DNA of 64,000 nt from an uncultured bacterium. Lineage in GTDB: Bacteria > Bacillota_I > Bacilli_A > RFN20 > CAG-826. The stretch lies in assembly GCA_949296775.1 (NCBI GenBank), contig CASFQA010000002.1, forward strand, positions 179,991 to 243,990. The letters run 5' to 3'. This document shows, in pieces, positions 46,159 through 59,835 of the stretch. The translations under genes and the position numbers were made by a program. Numbering within the stretch: the first letter of the stretch is position 1; each line of letters begins with the position of its first letter. The notes under the pieces were generated by a model. It worked only from the letters and a program-made list of their open reading frames with translations, made no database searches and was not told where the DNA came from.

Positions 46159-47550
46159 ATGCAACCGAAAGCTATTACCGTTCGTTCGCTCTATGAGCGC
46201 TTCCCCTCAGAAGATCTGACTAAGCTAGGGGAAATTCATGTCCAAGGCTGGGTCCGGACCAACCGCGATTCCGGCTCGATTGGCTTCATCGCCCTAAATG
46301 ACGGCACTTGCTTCAAGCAAGTCCAGATCGTCTATACCGATTCCTTGCCCAACCACGATGCCGTCACCCACATCCTGACCGGGGCTTGCGTCCGGGTCGG
46401 GGGCAAAGTGGTCTACACCCCGGAGATGAAGCAGCCATTTGAAATCCACGCCACCTCGATTGAGGTGCTCGGCGACTGCGCCGCTGACTACCCGTTGCAG
46501 AAGAAACGCCATTCTTTCGAGTACTTACGGGATATCGCCCACCTTCGTCCCCGGGCCAACACCTTCTTGGCTTTATATCGGGTCCGTTCGGTTTTGGCTT
46601 TGGGAATCCATGAGTTCTTCCAGAACAAAGGATTCGTTTACGTCCATACCCCGGAAATCACCGGCAACGACGCCGAAGGGGCGGGGCAAACCTTCACCAT
46701 CGCGACCAACGATGACGAAGGTAAGCTTTCCGTCACCGATTTCTATGGCAAGCCGACCCATTTGACGGTCTCCGGGCAACTCCATGTCGAGTCGTTCGCC
46801 TTGGCCTTCAAAGACGTCTATACCTTCGGACCGACTTTCCGGGCCGAGAAATCCAATACCCCGCGCCATGCTTCGGAGTTTTGGATGATCGAGCCGGAGA
46901 TTTGCTTCGCCGACCTGGAAGACGACATGGATTTGATGGAAGAGACCATCAAATTCTGCATCCAATACGTTTTCGACCATTGTCCGGACGAGATGGATTT
47001 CTTCGATAAGATGATCGCCCCGGGGCTCAAGGACAAACTCAATCATGTCTTGACCACCCCTTTTAAGCGGATGACCTATACCGAAGCCATCGATGTCCTC
47101 CAAAAAGCGGTGCAAAACGGCCATAAGTTTGAGGAAAACAACATTTACTGGGGGTTCGATTTGCTTTCGGAACACGAACGCTACTTAACTGAGGAAGTGG
47201 CTAAAGGCCCCTTATTCCTAACCGATTACCCGGCGGCTATCAAAGCCTTCTATATGAGGGAGAACGACGATGGCAAAACCGTCGCCGCCTGCGACTTGTT
47301 AGTCCCGGGCGAAGGGGAGATCATCGGGGGTTCCCAGCGTGAGGAGCGTTACGATGTCCTTAAGAAGAAGATGGAGGCCTGCGGCAACGAGAAAGGGCTG
47401 GAATGGTATTTGGATACCCGGAAATACGGCGGCTGCATCCATTCGGGATTCGGCATCGGATTTGACCGTCTGCTTATGTATTTGACCGGCATTACCAACA
47501 TTCGCGACACCGAGCCTTTCCCTCGGACGAGCAGCAATATAAAATTTTAG
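46159..47550 (+). CDS. asnS: Asparagine-tRNA ligase
   Basis: LTVSGQLH, FGPTFRAEKSNT, EFWMIEPE, GGSQREER, GFGIGFDR. Confidence 0.97.
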   Translation: MQPKAITVRSLYERFPSEDLTKLGEIHVQGWVRTNRDSGSIGFIALNDGTCFKQVQIVYTDSLPNHDAVTHILTGACVRVGGKVVYTPEMKQPFEIHATSIEVLGDCAADYPLQKKRHSFEYLRDIAHLRPRANTFLALYRVRSVLALGIHEFFQNKGFVYVHTPEITGNDAEGAGQTFTIATNDDEGKLSVTDFYGKPTHLTVSGQLHVESFALAFKDVYTFGPTFRAEKSNTPRHASEFWMIEPEICFADLEDDMDLMEETIKFCIQYVFDHCPDEMDFFDKMIAPGLKDKLNHVLTTPFKRMTYTEAIDVLQKAVQNGHKFEENNIYWGFDLLSEHERYLTEEVAKGPLFLTDYPAAIKAFYMRENDDGKTVAACDLLVPGEGEIIGGSQREERYDVLKKKMEACGNEKGLEWYLDTRKYGGCIHSGFGIGFDRLLMYLTGITNIRDTEPFPRTSSNIKF

Positions 47551-47553
47551 TAT

Positions 47554-47721
47554 ATGGACGAGAACAACCAACCAATCGAAGGACAAATCAGCGAGGAGCC
47601 AAAGGAACAGACTTTGGTGGCGAGGAAGCGCCTCTTCTTCGTGATTTTAGCCATTTGCCTCGTCGTTTTGGCTTTCGTCATTTGGGAAATCGTCGACCTT
47701 TGCTTAGGAGGGGTGGCATGA
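47554..47721 (+). CDS. Small single-TM protein (55 aa, below the ORF-track cutoff)
   Basis: MDENNQPIEGQISEEPKEQTLVARKRLFFVILAICLVVLAFVIWEIVDLCLGGVA*; starts 3 nt after asnS, ATGA overlap with the next gene. Confidence 0.7.
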   Translation: MDENNQPIEGQISEEPKEQTLVARKRLFFVILAICLVVLAFVIWEIVDLCLGGVA

Positions 47722-48176
47722 GCCATACCCCGACCCAAGTCAAACAAGCGCAGAATCGGGTTCCGGCCTCGATTAAGACCGGGCGGGTCCTCCTCCTCGC
47801 CTGCGGTGGTCTTTTCCTTCTTTTCGCCATCTTCAATTTGGTGGATTTCGGCTTCCGCTGCGCCGGGCAATCCGGGGATTTAAGCGATCCCTATTCCCTT
47901 ATGTGGACCATCGGGCTGCCGTTTGTTTCTTTGTTCATGGTTGGGTCGGCCATCGGGGCCTTTTCTTACGTCAAGGACAAAGGGCCCTTCATCTCGTTAG
48001 TCGCTTTAATGGCGATCCTCTCGGCTTTGCTTTGCCTGCTTGTCTTGGCTTTGGAAATCCGTTATTGGCTCAATAACGGCACCCTGTTTTCCCTAAACTT
48101 CGCCTATTTTGTTGAGGGCATCGTCGCTTTTTGTTATTTCATTGGTTGGCTATTGGCCAACAATTGGTTGGATTAG
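47718..48176 (+). CDS. Hypothetical 4-TM membrane protein
   Basis: SD AGGAGG before ATG 47718; hydrophobic. Confidence 0.72.
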   Translation: MSHTPTQVKQAQNRVPASIKTGRVLLLACGGLFLLFAIFNLVDFGFRCAGQSGDLSDPYSLMWTIGLPFVSLFMVGSAIGAFSYVKDKGPFISLVALMAILSALLCLLVLALEIRYWLNNGTLFSLNFAYFVEGIVAFCYFIGWLLANNWLD

Positions 48177-48178
48177 TT

Positions 48179-48331
48179 ATGAAGAAAGCTTTATTGATCG
48201 TCTTGATAAGTTTGGGGCTGCTGCTCTCCTCTTGTTCCTCATCCGATAAGAAAAAGCCATCGGACTGCGATGGCAACGGGGTTTGCCATATCGGGGACAA
48301 AAACCTTAATTCCTGGGTGTTCAATCGCTAG
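48179..48331 (+). CDS. Small putative lipoprotein (50 aa)
   Basis: MKKALLIVLISLGLLLSSC lipobox; starts 2 nt after the upstream stop. Confidence 0.6.
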   Translation: MKKALLIVLISLGLLLSSCSSSDKKKPSDCDGNGVCHIGDKNLNSWVFNR

Positions 48332-48983
48332 GCAGGACCGGCTTATCGGCCTTGATGTCGAGTTTCGATACCACATCCTCGTTGGCGTTATAGCCGGCGA
48401 GGCTTTTTTCATAGACCTTGACCGAGCGGGAATGGATCATGAAGGCGCGGGAGATGTAGGCTTGGGAGCAATAAAGGCAATAAACCCCGGCCACCAGCCA
48501 AAGGATGACCTCGAGATATTCGGCCGCATGGGCCCAAACGAAGGTCGGCTCGTGGAGGACCGAGGGCCAATGGGATAAAAGGGTGATCCCGAATACCTCG
48601 ACGAACAACCCTTCCTCCTCCCAGTCGAAGGAAACGAACAATTCATCAAAAGTGACGAAGGGGTTGCGCCCCCATTCCCCGGTCGCGAGGTTGGCGATCA
48701 AATAGACGACGACTCCGGTCAAAGCAATCAAAAACGGGGGGATCGAATCCTTGAAGAAAGCCCGGTTGTTTTTCTTCAAACCGAGTCTGCGGAAGTCTTG
48801 GGTGGAGTTGACGACATGGGTTTTGGCCACATCGTACATCATCGAGTCGGCCCTTTTGGCTTGGGCCATCATGGTGTGGCGGACCGCCACCCCGATTAAC
48901 CCGAGGATCAAAAAGAGGACGATGGCGATGATGATGGCGATGACGAAGACCCGTTTATCGGTGTCGGAGAGGAAGAGGTTCAT
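48321..48983 (-). CDS. Hypothetical membrane protein
   Basis: 3 TMs; SD AAGGAG; coupled to the upstream gene. Confidence 0.75.
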   Translation of the reverse strand: MNLFLSDTDKRVFVIAIIIAIVLFLILGLIGVAVRHTMMAQAKRADSMMYDVAKTHVVNSTQDFRRLGLKKNNRAFFKDSIPPFLIALTGVVVYLIANLATGEWGRNPFVTFDELFVSFDWEEEGLFVEVFGITLLSHWPSVLHEPTFVWAHAAEYLEVILWLVAGVYCLYCSQAYISRAFMIHSRSVKVYEKSLAGYNANEDVVSKLDIKADKPVLPSD

Positions 48984-49534
48984 TGCTTCGTCTCCTTATC
49001 GGATGGGAACTGGGCCAATTCGAGCGGTTCGGCCTCAATGACCTTGGCTTCTTCTAGCCTCGGAAGGGGCGAGGGCTCGGCGGGGGCCGGTATTTGGTTG
49101 GCGGTGGGGGCGGGGTTCGGATAGGGGATTTGCCCTTGGGGGGCGTAGCCATTGGACAGGTTGCCCATCGGCATACCCGGCTGAGCGTAATAGGGGTTAT
49201 TGGGCAGCCCTTGGATCGGCGGGGCCGGAGGGATGGCCGGGGCGCCGGAATAGAAATTCTGCTGGACGTATACCGTCTGAGGGGCCGCGGGTTTCTCCTC
49301 TTCCTTCTCCCCGTTGGCCTTGTCGATGGCCCGTTGGTAGATGGCCATCGCTTTCTTCTCCTCTGGGAAAAGCGGGAAAAGCTTTTCGCCCTTGAAGAAA
49401 TTGATGAGCATGATGACGAATTGGATGAAGAAATTGAAAACCCCATAGACGGCGACGAGGGCCGAGGCGAGGAGGATGAGGGGGACAAGGAGGAACCAAA
49501 CGATTCCGAGCCCGAATTCGCGCAGGACTTTCAT
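48980..49534 (-). CDS. Hypothetical membrane protein with Pro/Gln-rich tail
   Basis: N-terminal hydrophobic hairpin; low-complexity P/Q/Y tail. Confidence 0.7.
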   Translation of the reverse strand: MKVLREFGLGIVWFLLVPLILLASALVAVYGVFNFFIQFVIMLINFFKGEKLFPLFPEEKKAMAIYQRAIDKANGEKEEEKPAAPQTVYVQQNFYSGAPAIPPAPPIQGLPNNPYYAQPGMPMGNLSNGYAPQGQIPYPNPAPTANQIPAPAEPSPLPRLEEAKVIEAEPLELAQFPSDKETKQ

Positions 49535-49539
49535 GCTGG

Positions 49540-50433
49540 TTAATTGTAAAGCCTTCTAGGCTTTCTCTCAACTTTTCTTAGGCCGAATATCGGCAAGCAA
49601 AGGAACGGGGCGGCGAAGACCAGGGCCTTGGATAAAGGCGGATAGGAATGATAGATGGCCGAGGAAAGCAGGGCGAGGGCGATGGCGGCGCCTAGGGCGA
49701 GCCAACCTCGGGCCTTGCTCTTTATGATGGGAGGGAAGCCATATAAGGATAGGAAGAGGCCGAAGCCGAGGAACAAATAGGCTAGGGGGATGGAAACGAA
49801 AGGCAGGGTGAGGGCCAACAAAAGAGAAAGGGCGGCGCTGACCATGATCAGGTTATGGAATTCCTCTCCCCGGTGGCTGGGGAGGCGGAGCCGCGATTGA
49901 TTGGCCAACAAGAAGAGGTTGGAGATCCCGACCTGGCCTAGGCAATAGGCGAAGGCGAAAAGGGGGAAGAAGGCGTTGGCCTTAACGACATCGATGGATA
50001 ATAAGGCGGCCAAGGAATCGACCATATCGATTCCGTAAATCCCCTGTAGGCAAAATAGGCTTAGGTAGAGCAACAAGGTTTCGAGCAAGGAGGAAAGGAA
50101 GACGGTCAAAGCCGTCCCTAGGCCTAGCCGCATCCCATAGCCGAAGATGAGGCCGCAGTAGCAGGCGGGCAATAGGAAAAAGACGACCGATTGCCAATCG
50201 GCGATCCCGATTAAGGGGCAAAGCAAGGTGGCCGCCGCCAGGAAGGAGAAGACGTATCTTTTCTGACATAGCAAAGATAGGGCGCTGGAGAACAAAGGCA
50301 GGAAAACGGTGAGCAGCAATCCGAATAGGGGGATATAGGCGATGGCTAGGCTCGCCAAAGCGAAAAGCGCGAGGGTGGAGGCCGAGTAAGCGATGTTTTC
50401 CGAAGGGGTTTTCCGAGGAGAGAAAATATCCAC
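49540..50433 (-). CDS. Polytopic membrane protein (possibly DUF2232/YybS-like)
   Basis: About 9 TMs; GTG start. Confidence 0.68.
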   Translation of the reverse strand: MDIFSPRKTPSENIAYSASTLALFALASLAIAYIPLFGLLLTVFLPLFSSALSLLCQKRYVFSFLAAATLLCPLIGIADWQSVVFFLLPACYCGLIFGYGMRLGLGTALTVFLSSLLETLLLYLSLFCLQGIYGIDMVDSLAALLSIDVVKANAFFPLFAFAYCLGQVGISNLFLLANQSRLRLPSHRGEEFHNLIMVSAALSLLLALTLPFVSIPLAYLFLGFGLFLSLYGFPPIIKSKARGWLALGAAIALALLSSAIYHSYPPLSKALVFAAPFLCLPIFGLRKVERKPRRLYN

Positions 50434-50609
50434 GCCTTAACTATACTAGGAATAATGAATTTTGAATAAGATAACCGCCTTTTGCAGTCTTTCTTAGGTT
50501 TTTCCGTTGGCTTAGGGGAGGCCGCGCCGATTTTTAATCCGGCGAAAGCCGGCCTTTTGCCTTTTCCTTATTCATAAGGAAAGGGAGGAAGGATAGAATA
50601 TACAGGCAC

Positions 50610-54859
<4,250 letters not shown>

Positions 54860-54878
54860 TGTATACTAAGGAACGATT

Positions 54879-55175
54879 ATGAAGACCATTGACAAAGACG
54901 TGTTGATCGACGCGGCCCATCGGCTGATGTTCGATATGTCGAGCGAGGAATACGATACCTTGCTTGAGGAGTTCAAGATCCTGACTAAGCAAATGGAGAC
55001 GATCGGAAGGATCGAGGGGTTAGACCGGTATGAGCCGATGACTTTCCCCTTTTATTGCCATACCTCGGTCTTGCGGGAAGACGCGCCGGAGCCCCCTCTT
55101 TCGACGGAAGAGGCTTTAGGCAACGCCGGCTCGGTCATGGACGGCCAAATCAAATTGCCGAAGGTGGTAGGTTAA
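54879..55175 (+). CDS. gatC: Asp/Glu-tRNA amidotransferase subunit C
   Basis: LREDAP..ALGNA..LPKVV; precedes gatA. Confidence 0.88.
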   Translation: MKTIDKDVLIDAAHRLMFDMSSEEYDTLLEEFKILTKQMETIGRIEGLDRYEPMTFPFYCHTSVLREDAPEPPLSTEEALGNAGSVMDGQIKLPKVVG

Positions 55176-55176
55176 G

Positions 55177-56646
55177 ATGAAGTATCTCGATATGCCTTTT
55201 ACCGCGATTCACGCGGCGATGAAAAACCACGAGGTCACCCCGTATCAGCTCGTGCTGGAGGCGGTTGAGCGGATCAAAGCCAATGACTGCAACGCCTATG
55301 AACGGCTGACCATCCCCAGCGAGGAAGAGCTTTTGAGGGCGATCGGCCCCTTTGAGGATGACAACCCGCTTTATGGGATCCCTTATGTCTGCAAGGACAA
55401 TTTCTCGACTAAGGGGATCGAGACCACGGCCTCGAGCAATATCCTCAATGGCTACGTCCCCGTCTTCGACGCCACGGTGGTGGAAATCCTAAAGAAGAAG
55501 AAAGCGGTGATGCTCGGCAAGACCACCCTCGACGAATTGGCGATGGGCGGCACCGGGACCACCGGCCATAAAGGGATCACCTATAACCCCTTCGATCCCA
55601 GCAAGAAACGGATGGTGGGGGGCTCTAGCTGCGGCTCCGCGGCTTCTTTGGCCCATGGCGACTGCTGCTTCGCCACCGGCTCCGACACCGGCGACTCGGT
55701 CCGTAAACCCGCCTCTTTCGCCGGCTTAGTCGGGTTCAAGCCGACTTGGGGCCGGATTTCCCGTTATGGGCTTTTCCCCTTCGCCCCGAGTTTGGACCAC
55801 GTCGGCTATTTCACCCATTACGTCGAGGACGCGGCGATTCTCCTTAACGCGCTCGCGGGGCATGACGAGATGGACTTCACCTCCTCCTACGTCTTAACCG
55901 AGGATTACGCCGCCCATCTCCATGACGGGCTCAAAGGGCGGAAGTTCGCCGTCATCAAAGAGATATTCGATTCGGTCGACGATCAATTCAACAAGCAGAA
56001 ATTCTTGGCTCTGGTCGAGAAAATCAAACAGGCCGGGGCGGAGGTCAGCTACGTCGAGTTCGGGGAGGAGCTGCTCCGCTCGATCTATGCGACCTATATT
56101 GTCATTTCCTGCGCCGAAGCGACCAGCAACGATGCCAACCTCGACGGCATCAAGTTCGGCCCTTATTACGGAGGGAACTCCTATCAAGAGGTCATGATGA
56201 ACGCCCGGACCAAGGGCTTCAGCGAGCTGATCAAACGCCGCTTCGTCATCGGCTCGTTCGCCTTGATGAAGGAAAACCAAGAGGACCTGTTTTTGCGGGC
56301 CCAGCGCAACCGAGCCAAGATCGTCGAGAAAACCAACGAGATATTGGATGCTTGCGACGCAATCCTGGTGCCGGCCGCCCCTTCCATCGCCGCGGAATTC
56401 GCGCAAAGCTCGGATAAATTATCCAGCGAATACCTGATCGCCGATAATCATTTGGCCTTAGGCAATTTCGCCGGCCTCCCCTCGATCAGCCTGCCTTTGG
56501 CGCTGGAGAACGGGATGCCGCTTGGCATCAATTTGATGTCGAAGGCTTTTACCGAAGCGACCCTTTTGTCCTTGGCCCAGGCGGTTGAGGACATCACCGG
56601 CTTAGGCGGATTGAGCGTCGCCAACCCCAAGGAGGGAAATTTATGA
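55177..56646 (+). CDS. gatA: Asp/Glu-tRNA amidotransferase subunit A
   Basis: KDN, GGSSCGS, GSDTGDSVRKPA, KPTWG. Confidence 0.95.
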   Translation: MKYLDMPFTAIHAAMKNHEVTPYQLVLEAVERIKANDCNAYERLTIPSEEELLRAIGPFEDDNPLYGIPYVCKDNFSTKGIETTASSNILNGYVPVFDATVVEILKKKKAVMLGKTTLDELAMGGTGTTGHKGITYNPFDPSKKRMVGGSSCGSAASLAHGDCCFATGSDTGDSVRKPASFAGLVGFKPTWGRISRYGLFPFAPSLDHVGYFTHYVEDAAILLNALAGHDEMDFTSSYVLTEDYAAHLHDGLKGRKFAVIKEIFDSVDDQFNKQKFLALVEKIKQAGAEVSYVEFGEELLRSIYATYIVISCAEATSNDANLDGIKFGPYYGGNSYQEVMMNARTKGFSELIKRRFVIGSFALMKENQEDLFLRAQRNRAKIVEKTNEILDACDAILVPAAPSIAAEFAQSSDKLSSEYLIADNHLALGNFAGLPSISLPLALENGMPLGINLMSKAFTEATLLSLAQAVEDITGLGGLSVANPKEGNL

Positions 56647-58073
56647 ATTTCGAACCGGTTATCGGATTGGAAATCCACGTCCAGATGAAGACGAAGTCGA
56701 AGATGTTCTCCGGCTCGCCCAATTCCTTCTCCCATTCCCCAAATAGCGAAGTCACCCCCTTCGATATGGCTTTCCCCGGCACGATGCCCCGGGTCAATAA
56801 GCAGGCGGTCATCAACGCCATCCGGGTGGCCAACGCCTTGCATATGGATATCGACCCGCTTATCCGCTTCGACCGGAAAAACTATTTCTACGCCGATTTG
56901 CCCAAGGGATTCCAAATCACCCAGCAATTCCATCCGATCGGAAGGAACGGCTATTTGGACATCCTCGATGAATCGGGGCAGAGCAAGCGGATTCGCATCG
57001 AGCGGATCCACATGGAGGAGGATACCTGCAAGCAGCTCCATTTCCCCGATTGCTCTTTGCTTGACTACAACCGGGCCGGGACCCCTTTGGTCGAGATCGT
57101 CTCGATGCCGGATATCCGTTCGGGGACCGAGGCGATGCATTACGTCGAAGCTATCCGGAACATCGTCGTCTATAGCCTTTCCAGCGACGGCAAGATGGAG
57201 GAAGGGTCCTTGCGTTGCGACGTCAACGTCTCGCTTCGCCCCTACGGATCGGAGACCTTCGGGACCAAGGTTGAGCTAAAGAACCTCAATTCCATCAAAA
57301 ACATCGAGCAGGCGCTTGATTACGAGATTGCCCGCCAGTCGGCTTGCCTATTGTCCAATACCCCGATTCAGCAGGAGACCCGCCGCTACGACGAAGGAAG
57401 CGGGAAAACCGTTTTGATGCGGGTGAAGACCGACGCCGTCGACTACAAATACTTCCCCGAGCCCAACATCGCCCCGATTCAGCTAAGCGAGCAGTTCATT
57501 GAGGAGGCCATCAATACCTGCCCTGAGCTCTACGATTCGAAGAAGATGCGGTATTTGACCTACGGGCTCCCGGAGAAGGACGTCGAGATCATCCTCTCTT
57601 CTTTGGATTCCGCCCTCTATTTCGAGCAGGCCATCGAGGGGGTCAATTACGTTAAGACCATCGCCAACTTCCTGATCGTCGAGATCAATTCCTATTTGAA
57701 TAAGCGCGGGATCGGCATTAAGGAATTGCCGTTAAGCCCGCAAAGCCTCCGGTCGATCGCCGCCTATCAAGAGGAGGGCTATTCCCATAAGCAATGCGCC
57801 GACATCCTCTTCTATTGCCTTGAGCATGATGACGCGACCCCGGAGACGGCTAAGGCCGAGTTGAAAATCGAGAAGCAGATCAGCGACGATTCGGCGATCC
57901 GGGAATTGGTGAACCAAGTTTTAGAGGCCAATCCCCAGTCCATCGAGGACTTCAAAAACGGCAAAGGCCGGGCGGTCGGCTTCCTCATCGGCCAGGCGAT
58001 GAAGCTTTCCAAAGGGAAGGCCAACCCCCAAGCCGTCAGCAAGATAATGAACGAGGAATTGGCCAGGAGATGA
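56643..58073 (+). CDS. gatB: Asp/Glu-tRNA amidotransferase subunit B
   Basis: IGLEIHVQ, DRKNYFY, HMEED, NRAG, RCDVNVS, YKYFPEP. Confidence 0.97.
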   Translation: MNFEPVIGLEIHVQMKTKSKMFSGSPNSFSHSPNSEVTPFDMAFPGTMPRVNKQAVINAIRVANALHMDIDPLIRFDRKNYFYADLPKGFQITQQFHPIGRNGYLDILDESGQSKRIRIERIHMEEDTCKQLHFPDCSLLDYNRAGTPLVEIVSMPDIRSGTEAMHYVEAIRNIVVYSLSSDGKMEEGSLRCDVNVSLRPYGSETFGTKVELKNLNSIKNIEQALDYEIARQSACLLSNTPIQQETRRYDEGSGKTVLMRVKTDAVDYKYFPEPNIAPIQLSEQFIEEAINTCPELYDSKKMRYLTYGLPEKDVEIILSSLDSALYFEQAIEGVNYVKTIANFLIVEINSYLNKRGIGIKELPLSPQSLRSIAAYQEEGYSHKQCADILFYCLEHDDATPETAKAELKIEKQISDDSAIRELVNQVLEANPQSIEDFKNGKGRAVGFLIGQAMKLSKGKANPQAVSKIMNEELARR

Positions 58074-58813
58074 AAAAACAGATTGGGGATTTGCAGGAGT
58101 ATTTGAAGAAGGTCGCGTCTTTCTCCTTGCCTAAATACAAGGAATTGCCTTCGGTTGAGCTCTATATGGAGCAAGTCCTCAATTTCATTAACGGGGCCCT
58201 TTCGGATTTAACCCCGGCCGGGGAAAAAGCCCTGACCTCCTTCATGGTCAATAACTACGTCAAGGCCAAGATGATCTCGACTCCGGTCAAGAAGAAGTAC
58301 TCCCGCGACCAGATCGGCTACCTCATGGCCATCTGCTTGATGAAGTCGACCCTTTCGATGGGGGACATCGCGGTGCTGCTTGAACATGAAGCCGGGATAT
58401 CCGTCGATAAGGAACGGGTCTATTCCTTTTTCTGCGAACTCGAGACCTCGATCCTCGCCGAAACGGCCAAAAAGACCGCGCCGCGGGTTGAGGATATCGC
58501 CCGGCGGCTGAAAACCGACACCAGCCGGAAAAACAAAAAAGCCGAAGACAACGCGATCAATTCCCTGGCTTTGTTGGCTCTTCGCTTGTCTATTCAAGCC
58601 CAAGCGAATAAACTTCTTAGTGACTACATCATCGACGTCCTGCGGAAATCCTCCCGTAGTGAAGAGGCCTATTCCATCGAGACTTACCCCTCCAACAAGG
58701 AAGCCAAGCATGAGGCGGCCCTAGGGAAAGTCGAGGCCAAGCGGCTCGCGGAAGCCAAACAGGCGCCGAAAAGCAAAAAAGAGAAGAAGCCGAAAAAGGA
58801 GAGAAAGCCATGA
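58070..58813 (+). CDS. DUF1836 domain protein
   Basis: LPSVELYMEQV, LTSFMVNNYVK, KKYSRDQI. Confidence 0.85.
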   Translation: MKKQIGDLQEYLKKVASFSLPKYKELPSVELYMEQVLNFINGALSDLTPAGEKALTSFMVNNYVKAKMISTPVKKKYSRDQIGYLMAICLMKSTLSMGDIAVLLEHEAGISVDKERVYSFFCELETSILAETAKKTAPRVEDIARRLKTDTSRKNKKAEDNAINSLALLALRLSIQAQANKLLSDYIIDVLRKSSRSEEAYSIETYPSNKEAKHEAALGKVEAKRLAEAKQAPKSKKEKKPKKERKP

Positions 58814-59820
58814 GAATACTCGTCACCGGGGGCACCGGGTTCATCGGGTCGGAAACCGTCGTCGAATTGATCAAAAACGGCTACGAAGCCATCGTCGTCG
58901 ACAACCTGTCGAATTCAAAGAAAGCGGTCATCGACCGGATAGAGACCATCACCGGAACCCGGCCGGTCTTTTATCAGGTCGATTGCTGCGACCTCGATTC
59001 ATTCGAGGCGGTGTTCAAAGCCGAGGCCATCGATGCCGTCATCCATTTCGCCGGGCTTAAAGCGGTGGGGGAATCGGTCCATAAGCCGATCGAGTATTAC
59101 TCCAACAACCTCATCTCGACCTGCAACCTGCTTAAATTGATGAACAAATACGGGGTCAACAACCTCGTCTTCTCGAGCTCGGCGACCGTTTACGGGGTGC
59201 CAAAGCACGTCCCTCTTTTCGAAAGCGATCCAGTCGAGTCGGCCACCAACCCCTACGGGGAGACGAAAGTCATGATCGAGCGGATCATCGAGGACGCCTG
59301 CAAGGCCAATAAGCAGCTTAACGCCGCCTTGCTCCGTTACTTCAACCCGATTGGGGCCCATCCGTCGGGATTGTTGGGCGAAGATCCCAACGGCATCCCC
59401 AACAACTTGATGCCCTACATCACCCAAGTGGCGATCGGCAAGCTCGACCACCTTCGGGTCTACGGGGACACCTATCCGACCCCGGATGGAACCGGGATCC
59501 GCGACTATATCCACGTCGTCGATTTGGCCAAAGGCCACGTCGCGACCATCAAGAAGCTCCTCTCCAATCCGGGCCTGGTGGTTTATAACCTCGGGACCGG
59601 GAAAGGGACATCGGTTTTGGAGATGGTCAAGGCCTTCGAAGAGGCGACCGGGGTCCATATCCCCTATACCATCGAAGGGATGCGGCCGGGCGATGTGGCG
59701 GAGAATTACGCCAACTGCGACAAAGCCTATGAGGACTTGGGGTGGAAAGCCGAATTGACCGTCCTCGACGCCTGCCGCGACGCCTTCAATTTCCAAAAGC
59801 ACAATCCCAACGGAATATAA
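58810..59820 (+). CDS. galE: UDP-glucose 4-epimerase
   Basis: TGGTGFIGS, KAVGES, SSSATVYG, YGETK, LRYFNPIGAH, RDYIHV. Confidence 0.97.
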   Translation: MRILVTGGTGFIGSETVVELIKNGYEAIVVDNLSNSKKAVIDRIETITGTRPVFYQVDCCDLDSFEAVFKAEAIDAVIHFAGLKAVGESVHKPIEYYSNNLISTCNLLKLMNKYGVNNLVFSSSATVYGVPKHVPLFESDPVESATNPYGETKVMIERIIEDACKANKQLNAALLRYFNPIGAHPSGLLGEDPNGIPNNLMPYITQVAIGKLDHLRVYGDTYPTPDGTGIRDYIHVVDLAKGHVATIKKLLSNPGLVVYNLGTGKGTSVLEMVKAFEEATGVHIPYTIEGMRPGDVAENYANCDKAYEDLGWKAELTVLDACRDAFNFQKHNPNGI

Positions 59821-59835
59821 AAAAGGAGAGCAGCC

